Assembly (NCBI RefSeq): GCF_963921235.1
Contig: NC_086104.1
Location: 135,656,001 to 135,720,000 of the forward strand
Origin: Mobula hypostoma
Lineage: Eukaryota
Length of the DNA: 64,000 nt
Direction: 5' to 3'
The notes under the pieces are model-generated. The model was not told the DNA's origin and did not search any database. It saw nothing but the letters and a program-made list of their open reading frames with translations. Within the stretch, counting starts at the first letter, position 1, and each line of letters starts with the position of its first letter. The translations under genes were made by a program, and so were the position numbers. Shown here piece after piece: positions 13,713 to 27,100 of the stretch.

Positions 13713-13779
13713 TTATGCCCATACCTCAAGTTTACCTGATTCAGCTGAGGAGGATAAGTATAATTATTATTAATAATAT

Positions 13780-14950
13780 TGTAGCGATGCAGGAACAGGT
13801 GGCGACAGAAAATATTATCAACAAATATAACACATTTCTTGAGAAAACCCCAACAAATTCAAGACGATAAACGGAGAAAATAACAAGAGAAACCAAAGTT
13901 ATTCCCACATGTAACAGGATGCTGCAACAGTGTAACTCCATCTGATTACTCATACAGGCACGATCAAGTGGCAAATATCATTCACCCTTTGAGAAAAGAA
14001 AATGAATGATACCAATACGAACTTAGATTAACACTGCATAGGACAAGGAGCAACAGAGATAACAGACATAAAAATGAACAACAGTCAGATCAACTTTCAG
14101 GGAATATATGTGTATCAAGGAAACGATTTCGCAATTCATGCTAGCATATGCGATTTGAATACGATGTACACACCACGCAACTTAAATGAACAACAATCCT
14201 TAAATGTGAGGAAATGATCACTGTCACAAATATAGTTTAGCAATTGAAGACCGTGATCCCCAATGGAAGATATTTCTACGATATGAGCAGAGCACATGTC
14301 GACAAGGGCGTTTTGGATGTCTGACTCAGGGTTGGCGTCCTCTTCCCATACGCAGAGGGGCTCTTTGTGGCAATACAGTACCAGGTACTTTAAAAAATAT
14401 AATCAAAATGCATAACAGATCAACAAATTCTTAACAATAAATGCAGAAATTGTCAAGGGAAAGCAGAGACAATCCAACACTTTAAGGGATTCGTCAGCAA
14501 TTTATCGCAATCTCATGACATACACAGGCACATTCAAGTGGAAAATAGCATTCATTAAATTCTTGCTTTAAAATACAAACTCAGCAAAGTCATCATACCT
14601 TATTATAAATACAAGGTTGATCCAGTTTTGGATCAGCAAATAATATTGCAGGATAAACAAGCATTGACCGCTTAATTTGAAACACACATAATATACAGAA
14701 ATAAATAGTCGATGAAACATTAACAAGGTATTTGTTCCGCCAATAATAATATCTATATCTGGTATTACCGGAAAGTTACTACACAGTAGCATTATACAAT
14801 TGGATTCACAGAACAATATGTGTAAAACTTCAGAAATCAATAGTATTAAACATCACTAGTGCAATACGAAAGCTCTCGTAATTACGAAATGATTGTACTT
14901 TGCTGTGGCTGTAGCTCAGATTTTACCAGCTTGACCGACGAGAAAAAAAA
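13780..14950 (+). mobile_element. R4/Dong-like copy B (5'-truncated)
   Basis: EGLFVAIQYQV, KCRNCQGKAETIQH, HRHIQV..ILALKYKL. The 3' UTR (TGTACTT.GCT.TG...TTTTACCAGCTTGA) ends in an A-run at 14943-14951. Confidence 0.8.
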
Positions 14951-17930
14951 ATGAGCTTCGTGCATCCATACATGGGCAATTTGAAGTTATTCGCTCGTTC
15001 ATCAGGAAAGCTAGAGCATTTAATGCAAATAGTAGTACAATTTTCTAAAGATATAAACATAATCTTTCAGCTTGGTATATTCAGAACAGGAAACATAAAG
15101 AAAAATGCAATGGAATTAATGGAATACAAAGCAGGAAAGCAGGCTACAATAGAACCGATATCTGAATATGATACGTATAACTGTCTGGGTTATCAGTCAG
15201 CGAAGAAAATAAATCATAGCGTGATAATGGCATTTACATCAAAGCTTAAGAAAATCATCTAGTTACGTTGAGTAGTGTAAACATAAAGAAGGCATTGCAC
15301 GCTTTTGCAATGACTATATTATCTGCTCTGTTGACATAATATCTTGATCAGAAACCAATCTGGAAAACTTACAAAGAAAGATAAGAACTGAAATATCAGT
15401 TTTTAGATAACGCTGTACATGCAAATGAACATTACTTATCAATACATAGGATAGAAGCAATAAGAACAATAGCAGGTATAAAATACTACATAGCAGTCAG
15501 ATAAAACATCTAAGGAAAGCAGGATTTAGCACTCCACTCGATCATATGTAATTCTGACACGAAGCATACACCACTGAACTTAAATGAGGGAACAACAGAG
15601 AACAATAAAAACATTATCTCAATTGAAGAAAGTAAGCCAATCGAAGATCATGAACTTTCATGGAAGACATCACCACAATCTGAGCAGACTGGACTTCGAC
15701 AAGAATACGTCAAATTCCTGCAACAGATTTGGAGATCTCTTCTTGTGGCAATAGAGGACAAGTTGTTCAACAACGGATAATATCAAAATACATAATAAAG
15801 GCCATCGAATCATAGATGGTAAATGCAGAAACATCTAGTAGATTACAGCCGTTTAACCCAATCTGGTTATTTACACAGGCATAATTAAGTGGCAGACGTC
15901 AGTCGCCAATTTGCTTTACTATAAATACGAATCCATTAAAAAAATACTTCCCTATAAATACAATACTGAACCCGCTTTAGAGGCAGAGTCGTGTGAATGA
16001 TATTACGACAGGTCCATTATTACAAATATAACAATGTATAATAACCGACTGTATATAATATTACAGGATAAATATGCAAGAACTACTGACTTAATAGATA
16101 TAACCTGTCACAACGGGGGCGCTGGGAACGGACCCAAATGCAAGACACAGACACTGATGTACAAGCAACAGGACTTGATTAGAGTAGGGACGTGACAGAA
16201 TACAGACAAGGAGCAGGGACAAGAACGCAGACTAGGGCTTGAACCCCGAGCCAGAGACTGGACAAGGACCCAGAACCTGGGTCTTGCTTCGGGATCGGGC
16301 GACAGAACCAAGCATGGACATTACATAACTGCAGGAATGAAGACTGGGGTTTTGAGACTTGAGACTTGGTAACCTGCTTGGGCTCTTGGTCTTGAGCCTT
16401 GAGGTTGAGGTCTTGGTCATGAGGCTCGAGCTTGCAGACAGGCTGGGGTCTTGGTCTTGAGACTTGAGCTTGGAGACAGGCTGGGGTCCAGAGGCTTTGG
16501 TTCAAGGGACTTTCCTTGGGATCCTCGAGGCCTGGGTATTGGTGCTTGGCTTGCGATCCTCGAGGCCTGGGCTTTCGGAGCTTGGCTTGGAATCCTCGAG
16601 GTTTGGGTTCTTGGAAATTGGCTTTGGATCCTCGAGGCTCGGGTTCTTGTAGCTTGGCTTGGAATCTTGAATTTGGCTGCTGGATGGGGTCTGGGATCTT
16701 AAGTTTGCATGCCGGCTTGTGTCTTGGATCTAGGGTCTAGGATAATTCGAGGCTTGGGTATGGACTCCGAGTCTGAGACTGGGCAAGGACCCTGAACCTA
16801 GGACTTGACTCGGTCTTGGACTCCAGAACTGTGCGAGGACAAGACGGCGCTACAGGACTGGACATGGCTTGGGTGAGGAACTCCTGGGTAAGGCGAGACA
16901 CAAGGACAGGTAAAGGCACATGGACAGGACTCGTATAGGACTGGACTGGACTATCACGGTCTGGACGAGGGAGTTCAGGAGCACGGAGCCTTGTACCAGA
17001 AGAGACAGGAGCAAGGGACACAGAGCCGGGACTCCTCCTGGTGTAGAGGACGTAGGGCCGGGACTCACACACATAACACAGAGCCTGGACCTGGCGCTGG
17101 GAACAGGACATAGGGCCGGGACTCATACACAAAACACTGAACATGAGTAGACGGACCCCAAAACAAGGTGGCGGCAAACTGCCGGACCCACCTAGTGAGG
17201 CGTGGATACAGAGACAGATCCAAACACTAGGAGGCGGCAAACGGCCGGACCCACCCAGCGAAGGCGTGGAAACGGAGAGACAATTCCACATAACACAAGA
17301 CACTTCCTTATCTTGACCTAACAAGTCTCCAGTCTTGCTCTGGGAGTAACACTTCAGTGGTACAGACAGGGTATACAGGCGGTGTATCCAGGCTAGATGA
17401 GCAGGCAGAGAGTCAGGCGCGTTATCCAGGCAAGGAGTCAGGCGAGGCGGGAAAAGGCAGGGAGGGGAACAGAACAGTCCAGCAGGGAATCCCTGGTTTG
17501 CAGACGTATTTATGTGTCAGTCCCATAACGAGAAATGTGTGCCCACTACTGAAACAGGGGAAAACCAGAAACCCCGGAACAAGGAACCATTTACCGGACC
17601 TTGAACCGGAACGCAAACCGGAGTATGACATAACCATTCCGTACAGAATTCAATATGTGTAAAACACCAGGTATGTACTGAATTAAAAGAGGAATTTGGA
17701 GACATGAATAGGGCATGCACTGTCCCACTATTGCAGCTGTTATCACGCCGAAGTCACAACGGAATTACAATAAAAAATTATTCCGTCACATCAACATTTA
17801 TGTATATCTCTAGAAAGGCACAATACTAAACAACACTGGAATAGTCCCAAGGTTCCTCGCAATTGTGAAATGACTGTACTTGGGGATGCCCGGACATCAG
17901 AATTTACCATATGAGCTGAGGAAATGAAGT
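14951..17930 (+). mobile_element. R4/Dong-like copy C (5'-truncated), split by a solo LTR
   Basis: YMGNLKLFARS (decayed YMDD), TYNCLGYQ, HGRH, NNRLYIILQDK..LIDIT|IP, YTELKEE, KATILNNTGIVPRFL. Same 3' UTR as copies A and B. Confidence 0.8.
16106..17630 (-). mobile_element. Solo LTR-like element with perfect 5-bp TSD
   Basis: TGTCA...TGACA termini with TAACC on both sides (16101-16105, 17631-17635). Internal CTTGGATCCTCGAGGC-type tandem repeats. Confidence 0.85.
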
Positions 17931-17969
17931 AAGAGTAAAGAAGCAATGTATATCGAGAAGATGAGACGA

Positions 17970-18290
17970 AGAGTCTTTGAAAGTGCGTTCATAGGTTGCA
18001 GGAACAGTTTATCCTTTCGGGTAAGTGAAGTTCGTTCGGGTCCTTGATCATTGAGGCGTAATAACTGTTCCTGAACCTGTTGCTGTGGCGTCCGAGCCTC
18101 TTGTACCGCTTTGTTGATGGCAGCACCGAGAAGAGAGCATGGCATAAATGGCGGAGTTTTTGATGGTGGATATAGTTTTCCTGCAGCAGACTCGTGCAGA
18201 TGTGCTGAGTAGGGTGGAGGTGGGGGGTGGCAGGGGTGGAGGAATTTACCCATGACAGGCTGGGATCCATCCAGTTTTTGTAATGTGCAA
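17970..18290 (-). mobile_element. Rex1/Babar-like LINE 3' fragment
   Basis: Minus-strand HALFSVLPSTKRYKRLGRHSNRFRNSYYASMIK, the typical Rex1 C-terminal motif. Confidence 0.7.
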
Positions 18291-18821
18291 ATATGAAAAG
18301 TGTGGACACGCACAGTGGTTAGTTAACACTGCATACCGGCAACTGATTGCTCAACAACATTACTCATGGAATGTGGTGCTGCTCAGCGAGAGCTTCAACC
18401 TCGATAGAAAATAATATACATAGACATCAACGATCATGAAGTTCGGGACCATTAATTAAAGGAAATATGCTGTATAAAATGCATGTGAGCAGCCGTTCTT
18501 GTTACGGTTTCAGCCTAATGTTTGCAGTAATGATCTTTATTGCATTCAAACCTTCAAAACGACCAGATGCCGGCCGGAACCTCAGCAGATTTTTAGAACA
18601 ATTAAAATTCATGCATTGTGAATAGATGATCTAGAGTCAACGAGGTGAAAAGCACAGCTGCATTCAGTGCATTACCTTTCATTCACATATACTGGACAGT
18701 CACATTTGGAAGGCGGTTCAGTCATGTGGAAGGTGAATCAAAAAGCACTTTCCTCGTTGTATTAGTTTCCCCCGCTTTGTTATTGAAAGTAATTAACTGT
18801 TTTCAATTATTTCCCAAACAG

Positions 18822-19136
18822 GGAAGGATGGACCACGACTGGTTGGCGGGGAGAACAGATGCTCTGGCCGTGTGGAAGTCCTGCATGGAGACCAGTGGGG
18901 GACACTTTGTGATGAGTACTTCAGCCTGGAAGATGCAAGCGTGGTCTGCGAACAGCTACAGTGCGGTGCACTCAAAGCAACTCCCAAGAGTGCTTACTTT
19001 GGCGAAGGAAAAGGGCCGGTGTGGAGGGATAACTACCGCTGTCTGGGAAACGAGTCCCGATTAGCCGAATGTCCAGTCCCATCTTGGGGTCAGATTACAT
19101 GTTCACATGGGAATGACGCCAGTGTCATCTGCACTG
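18822..19136 (+). CDS. SRCR domain exon 2
   Basis: CAG acceptor ends 18821; GTGAGT donor at 19137; 315 nt, phase 1-1. Translates GKDGPRLVGGENRCSGRVEVLHGDQWGTLCD...CSHGNDASVICT with 8 Cys. Confidence 0.96.
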
Positions 19137-19594
19137 GTGAGTCACATTAAATGTATGTCTAAAACAAACTGTTCTTTGGTTGGAGATATATTCACAACGG
19201 TGAGCTTTTAAGCAATTGAACATATCTGCCCTTTAGTGGCAACCATGCATGATTATGACTTGAAGCAGTTGGTAGACGTTCCTTTGTTTCCCAATGATAG
19301 TCTACGAGGCTATTTCCGTTATATTACGAATAGACCAAACTTTAGTATAGAGTGAATATTTTTGTGATGTTTAATGAATAGTTGCACAAAAGAAAGAAGG
19401 ATGATGACATTTGATGTAGCAGGATAGTAGCTTTGGCTTGATGTAAAAATACGCAAATGTACAGAAGTAATATTTGCACAGAGACTGCTTCTGTGATAGA
19501 TTTTATTGAAACGGTGATGAGAAACAATGTGAAAGAAAGGACCGCATTTAAACTGACTGAGTAAGAAGAAAATCCGACATCGTTTCGTAGATAA

Positions 19595-19990
19595 TAGAAC
19601 ACTGCGGCACGGCACTCTCCCTTCGGCCCACGATATTTCCCGACTTTTTTAACCTGCTCTAAAATCAGTCAAATCGTTCCTTGCTGCACAGACGTCCATT
19701 TTTTTCTATCATCCATGTGCTTATTTCAGAGTTTCTTCTCTGTGTCCGATGTATCAACCTCTATCAACAGCAGGAGCGGCCATTTCACGCACACGCCACT
19801 CTCTTTTTTAAGGATTTAACTCTGACAGCCCCTCTATGCTTTCCTCCAACCACATTAAAATTAGGTCTGTTTGTATTCGCCATTTCGTAGATTGTGAAAA
19901 TTCTCTATCTATCGACTCTACAGAATGCTCATTTCATCCTGTATACCTCTATAGAACGCATCACCTTCCGCTTCGTTTCAAAGAGAAAAT
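19595..19990 (-). mobile_element. CR1 3' end fragment
   Basis: Reverse complement of the CR1 3' UTR (CTTCGGCCCACGAT) and of the LIEVYRM region. Confidence 0.6.
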
Positions 19991-20434
19991 CTGTGGCACA
20001 TTTTAATCTGTGTGATTTTTCCTTACACCCCCTCCCCCACCACCCGAATCCAACTCCGGAAGAAGTAACAAGTCCCCTCTGGGATGCTTGGCTTTGCTGT
20101 AAGGTAACAAAGTAAAGAAACTTCCGAAAGACCCGCCCACGTCAACAGAGAAGAGTCGGCGAGGAATTAGAATCCGTAATACATTCAGAATTTATCAGTA
20201 CACTCAAAATTTAACCAGTCAGCCACATGTCTTCAGTCCATTTTTCAGCCGTGAACGACAGAAATAGTTCTCATAGCTCTAATTTTGACCGATGACGTTC
20301 AGTGATATTATTCACATTCTAAGTAACATGTAGGAAATTCATGTATGAAACATACTATGCAACAAAGGCTGAAAATCCGTAGAATACTTTGGATTGATAT
20401 TAACTTGTTTACCCATTTTCTTTCAATATCGTAG

Positions 20435-20749
20435 ATGAAAGTTGGTCCTTGAGACTGAACGATGGGGGAAGCCGCTGCGATGGCCAAGTGGACGTGTATG
20501 ATAATGGTACCTGGCATAGACTACATGATAAATTTTGGACCATTAGTGAAGCAAATGTTGTCTGCAGACAACTACATTGCGGCTCGGCGATATCTGCCTA
20601 CAACATCTCGAAGTATAGAGAGAATGAACGGCCCGTGTTGGTGACGGAAGTTCAATGTGAAGGAAACGAGTCGCACCTCCGAAACTGCAAGATTTCCGTG
20701 TCGAAACGGTCTTCCTCGGACACCACGGGCGTTGGTGTCCTGTGTTCAG
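20435..20749 (+). CDS. SRCR domain exon 3 (6-cysteine variant lacking C2 and C7)
   Basis: TAG acceptor ends 20434; GTGAAT donor at 20750; 315 nt, phase 1-1. Translates DESWSLRLNDGGSRCDGQVDVYDNGTWHRLHD...VVCRQLHCG...QCEGNESHLRNC...GVGVLCS. Confidence 0.94.
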
Positions 20750-23700
20750 GTGAATATTTTTAAAAGGTGGCAATGGAAATATTTAAAATGGCGTCGCGAT
20801 TAATACTAAATCGAGAAATGCAGATTTATTGAATCGTATAAATATATATTTGGCTGACTGGCCATGTGGTCAATGACAATCAACTCCGCTTTTGCAGGAT
20901 TTCCATTTTATGCTACACCTACACAACACTACACAGACACAAATCCATCTGGAGCACCGTCCCGCAGGCTCTACCATTTATTTGGATATCATAGGGAATT
21001 TACAATACACATCTTTGGGATGTTAATGAAAACCTAAATACAGATGAATGCCACATCCTTTGAGAAAGAAAATACAAAATTCGCACAGATTTGGCATTTA
21101 ATCTGCGTCACTGTATTTGTGAGTATCAGCTTCAGATGCTCTGTGCACGATTTTAGCACATCCAATCACCACTGGACTGTGTGCCCAATGAGTGTGCCCT
21201 GCAGTGCGACATAATGAGTGAAACTGGATTAATCCGTTATCATGGATGTAATCAGCTATTGCTACGAGATTTATCTGATCTATCGCAGAACTTTCAGGCA
21301 AGGTCTTATTATGTGATGTCGAAATGATAGGAAATTCACCTTGAAATTGAAAGCGGAAACAAAAGATTTGTTTGAGCACAGGAGGAATTCAAATATGTGA
21401 GCTTACAAAGTGGTGGTGAGAGGAGGAAGGTATTGTGAACATTATAGAACTGTTGATTATTCACTATTACGACTGCTGAAATATCAGTGGCAGGCGAATG
21501 CATGTTGGAGTTCGCTGGAATATGTCAAAATATGACAAATTTTCAATTCACTGAAGCATAATAAATCTCTGATGAGTTGCATATATCAGTGAGTCGGCCA
21601 AATTTCAGAATAATGCAGGGGAAATGTTGAGTGAAGGAGTTGCACAGCTGGAAGGGAAGGGAAAGAAAACTCAGGTATTGAAGTTAGACAAGAAAATAAA
21701 GCAAATACGTTTCAAAATCAGATGATACGAGTAAGGAGCAACAGAATGCGATGCTACTGAGGGACAGGGTTATTTGTGATCTGATACAAAATGGATCAGA
21801 TAATCAAATAATGGGGCAAATGCGATGCTAAGCGTTATCACAACTTATCCAATAATCCTTCCTGGATCTGCAGGCTAAGTACTTCAGTGAGTTTAGATTA
21901 TCTGTGTCCGTGTGCACTAATGTTTTCAAATGATCTTTTTGTAAATTTGTGCATCACTGTGTATCACAAGCAGTGTCGGAACGCATTCCCATTATCGTAT
22001 TAATCCTGAACCAAAATGAGTTGTTTGATACATTCTGAAGGTTTGTATGGACATCCAGTCTTGCTGTAGTGCTGGGAAATTCATTGCCGATTTGCATGCA
22101 AATGAAATTGTTGTTATTTTTTTTTAATATATAGTTGGGTGCGTATATATGTTGAATGCAAAAGTGTCTTTTAAGAGAATGTGAACTATGCCCAAATGTT
22201 AAAGTGACAGGGAAAATCAGCGGCAAATGTCTTGCCAAATGCCTAGTCTCACAACTACTTAAACTACTTGAGTGTGGGAGGTGCTGAAAGAACAAGCCGA
22301 AGTTAAATACAATTGGATACTAGCAACTTCATTTTAAGTCAGCAGCTGATGTCTGTCTGGTCTGTTCCGTCTGTCCAGGCTTCTTACTGAATGCAGCTGC
22401 CTTATTGATATTTCCCTTGCCTTCACATATAGTATGTTACCCCTTGAGGAATTAAAATGAAAACCGCCGATTGAGCAATGAAATTGAAAACAGCATTGAT
22501 ACACGACCGGAATGAAGACATGCTAAATAATTAATAGTTAATTTTGCTCCATTATCTGATAAAGACTATGAGAATAAGCCGGCAATTTATAGACCGTTCA
22601 GTCTGACATCAGTACTGTCTACATTATTGAAAGGTGCTCCAAGGGATCAGATATATAAATAATTGAATAGACTGGGCATGATTGAGTGGTCAACATCTCT
22701 GTCTGCGGGGCAGGTCTTGTGTAACCAATGTTATAGACTTTTTTTTTTCCCCACACGGTTACCCGGAAAGTTAATGAATGGAAAACAGCGAATGTTACAA
22801 TTTCCGTGAAAGGTGTATAATAAGCAGGGCAGATGAACTTAGAGTGTGGATCATCATGTGGAATTAGGATGTTGTGGACATGCAAGAGACGTGGATGGTC
22901 TAAGTGCAGAAATGACTGCTGAGTGTGCCAGGCTTTAGATATTTCAGAGAAAGTCAGGGAGGAAGCAAACGAGTTAGGGGAGAGGCACTGCTAATCAAGG
23001 ATAGTATCACGACTGCATAAAAGGATAAGTCATGGAAGGATGCCTATTAAGTCGTTGTGGGTGACAGACAGAAACAGGAAAGGGGTAATAACTCCACTGC
23101 ATGTTTCTTTTTTTATATATATAGAACCCCGCTCCAGTAGTAACAGAGATATTGAGGAGCAGATAGGGAGGTAGTTTATAGCATGGAGCAGTAATAATAG
23201 GGTTGTTACGAATGGTGATTTTAACTCTCCAATTATTAAATGGCATCTCCTGAGAACAAGGGGTTTTGACAGGGTGGAGTTTGTTGACCGTGTTCAGAAA
23301 GGTTTTCTGACGAAATATATGGATAGTCCAACTGGAGGAGAGGCTCTACCTGATCTGATAATGGTAAATGAACATGGTCAGGTGTCAGATCTCTCGGTAA
23401 AAGAGTTTTTTGGAGGTAATGATCAAAACTCGATTTCCTTTACCATTGCACTGGAGAAGGATAGGAATAGACAATTTGGATAAACATTTAATAGGGGTAG
23501 GAAGATCTATGATGTTTTTAAGCAGGAACTTGGTAAAATAAATTGGGAGGAGATGTTCTCAGGGAAATGCACGGAAGACATGTAACAAATGTTCAGCGAA
23601 CTCTTGCATGGCCTCTGTATAGGTATGTTCCATTGGGACATGGAAAGGATGATAGTGTTAACGAGCTATGGTCTATAAAGGATGTAGAAAATGTTGTTAA

Positions 23701-24109
23701 CAGGAAAAGAAAAGCTTACGAATGTTTCAAGAAACTTGGACTGTTGGAACTGTAGAAAATTGCAAGGGTGCCAGGAAGGATTTCAAGAACTAAATTATGA
23801 GAGCTTGAAGGGAAATGGGAAGATCTTGCCAAGCAGGAGTAAGGAAAATGCTAAGGAATTCTACAAGAATGTGGAAAGCAAGAGGATGAGCCGTGTAAAA
23901 ATAGGACCAATCAAAAGCGACATTGAAAGATGTACACAGAGCTGGATGAGGTAGTGCCGGTACTTACTGAATACTTTGCTTCAGTATTCACCATTGAAAG
24001 GACTTTCGCAATCATGGAGTTGACTTGCAGCGGAGGGAAACGCTTAATTGTACAGATATTAAGAATGAGGTTGTACCGGAGCTTTTGGAACGTTTTAAGA
24101 TAGATAAGT

Positions 24110-27100
24110 CACACAGTACTCAAGGTGTTTTTTTTTTTCTTTGTTTTGTTTTTCTAAACGCGCACAGTATAAGAAATAAGGTGGAAGATCTTGTTGCAAT
24201 ACCACAGAATGTCAGGTATGATGTTGTGGCCATCACTAGATCGTGGATGGTTGTAGTTGGGAGGAATGTCCAGTGTTACACGTTAGGTCGGAGACATGGA
24301 AAAGTAGGCAGATATGTTGGTGTGGCTCAAATGGTAAAGCATGGCAACAGATCAGTAAAGAGACATAGGATTTGACGACGTTGTATCCTTGTGGGTTCAG
24401 TAAAAAAAAAAAAAAACCTGTATGTGTAAAAGGATGTGATGGCAATTATATACAGCTCTCCCAACAGTGGCTTGGAGGTGGACTACAGGTTACTACAGGA
24501 AATAGAAAAGGCGAGTTAAAAGGACAGTATTGTGGTAGTCATGGGAGTTTTTAACATGCTGTTCGATTGGGGAAATCTGATTGGTAATGAATCTCAAGAC
24601 AGTGTGTCTGTTGAATGCCTAAGAGATAGCTTTTTGGAGCAGTTTGTCATTGAACCTACTAGGGGATCAGCTGTACTGGATTCGGTGTTGTGTAATGAAC
24701 CAGAGGCGATTAGGAAGCTTAAGGTAAAAGAACCATTTGGAACCAATAATCACAATATGATTGACTTCAGCTTCAAATTTGTTAGGGAGTAAGTAAAGTC
24801 CGAAATAGCAATATTTCAGTGGAGTAAGGTAAAGTACAGAGGTATGAGGGAGGATTTGGCCAGAGTAAACTGGAAGTAGCTGCTGGCAGGGATGCCAGAG
24901 GTGCCGCAATGTTAAGCGTTTCTGGGCAAATGAGAAGGTGCAGGACACATGTATTCCAAAAAAATGAAGAAGTACTCAGATGAAAGAGTACAACCATGGT
25001 TAACAAGTGAATTCAAAGCTATTGTAAAGGCAAAAAGAAAGGGCATACAACAAAGCACAAATTAGTGGGAAGATAGAGGATTGAGGAGTTTTTCAAAACC
25101 TACAAAGAGCAACTAAAATAATTGGAAGGGAAAAGATGAAATATGAAATCAAGCTCGTAAATAATATCAAAGTGGATAGTAAGCGGTTTTTCAAGTATTT
25201 TGAAAATAAAAGAAATTAGAGTGCATATAGGACCCCTAAAATGAGGCAGGGAAAATAATAACGTGGGACAAGGTGATGGCTGATGACCTAATGGGTATTT
25301 TGCATCAGTCTTCATTGTGGAGGACACTAGCAGTATGCTTGATGTTGTAGTGTGTGAAGGAAGAGAAGTTGGTGCAATTACTATTACAAGACAGAAGGTG
25401 CTCAAAAAGCTAAAAGACCCACACGTGTATAAGTCACCCGGAGCAGATGAGCTGCATACAAGTGTTCTGAAGGAAGTAGCGTTAGATATTGTGGTGGCAG
25501 TAGAAATTATCTTTCAGAAATCATTGGACTCTGGCCTGCTGCCAGAGGACAGGAAATCTGCAAATGACACTCCACTCTTTATGAAAGGAGGAAGTCAGCA
25601 GAAAGGAAATTATAGACCAGTTAGCCTGACCTCAGTGGTTGGGAAGATGTCAGAGACATTTGTTAAGGATGAGGCGATGGAGTACTTGGTGACACAGAAC
25701 AAGATAGTACAAAGTCAACATGGTTTCCCTCAGGGACAATACTGCCTGACGAACCTGTTGGAATTCTTTCAGGAGATTACAAGTAGGATAGATGAAGGGA
25801 AGGAGTGGATGTGGTACTTTCGGACTTTCTGAAGGCCTTTGACAATGTGCCACAGATGAGGCTGCTTACAAAGTTAAAACCCATAGTATTACAGGAAAGT
25901 TACTAACACGGTTAGAGTATTGGCTGATTGGTAAGAGGCAGCGAATGGGAATAAAATGATCCTTTTATGGTTGGCTGCCAGTCACTAGTGGTGTTCTGCA
26001 TGGCTCAGCGCTGGGATCACTTTTTTTTATGCTCTATATAAATAATATAGATGGGGGAATAGATGGCTTGGTTGCCAAGTTTGCAGATGATACAAAGATT
26101 GGTGGAGGGGCAGGTAATGTTGAGGAAACAGATAAGAAGCAGAAGGATTTAGACAGATTAACAGAATGGTAAAGGAAGGGGCAAATGAAATACAATGTTA
26201 GAAAATGCATAATTCAGATCATTGTTAGTAGAAATAAACGTCTGGAATATTTTCTAAATGGGGAGAAAATACAGGAAAATAAGACGCTGAGGGACTTGGG
26301 AGACATTGTGTAGAACACCCTAAAGGTTACCTTGCAGGTTGAGTCGGTGATCAGGAAGGCAAACGCCATGTTATCATTCATTTCAAGCTGTCTAGAATAC
26401 AAGAGCCAGGATGTTTTGTTGAGGCTTCTTAAGACACTGTGGAGGCCTAACCTTGAGTATTGTGAAAGGTGTTGAGCCCTTCATATTAGAAAAATGTGCC
26501 AGCATTGCGGAGGGTCCAGACGAAGTTCACGGCGGGAGGAGAAGATGGCGGCGCGGCGCAGCTCACAGCGGCCACTCTGGTGGTGATGTCTGTTATTTGT
26601 CAAGAAGGGTGCTGTGCAGAATCCTGATTTGATGCAGACGGACGTGACAGAACGGAGGATCATCTGGCGATACTTCTGAAATGCCTGTTTCGCTGCTGCT
26701 GCTACTCTGTGGTCCGGAATCTCCGGAGGGGAAGGCCCTGACTCCTCGTCTTTGTTTGTTGCTCAGCCGCCGGAGCGAGGTCAAAGCACTGGGCAGAGGA
26801 TGGTTCTCGAAGAGGCTGTGTCGGAGGGGCTGGTCGGAGACTCGAAGTTTTCGGACTGACTCAGAGTCCGCTGCTGTCGGGTGCTTCCAATGCTGTTGCA
26901 TCGGCAAGTTTGCGGCGCTTGCATGTTCATGGCACGGAGAGTTTCTCCCTTCTGCCGCCTCCGTGAGATGATAAGGCTATTGGGACTTTGAGACTTTTTA
27001 AAGGTGCCCGTGGTATGCTGTTTATCAAATTCTGGTATTGCTTTGCACTGTTTTAACTACAAACGATTGCATATGTTATATATATGTGGTTTTGTCAGTT

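Larger units (their letters stand above)
10230..13760 (+). mobile_element. R4/Dong-like non-LTR retrotransposon copy A (RT, CCHC, restriction-like endonuclease), decayed
   Basis: IFQG..LSPL.FC (~10690), LYMDDL (~10831), KFGLNKC, TYKYVGY, LHGRHP, KCR(LTR)C, VITIPN. Split by a solo LTR at 11686-13007. Confidence 0.8.
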
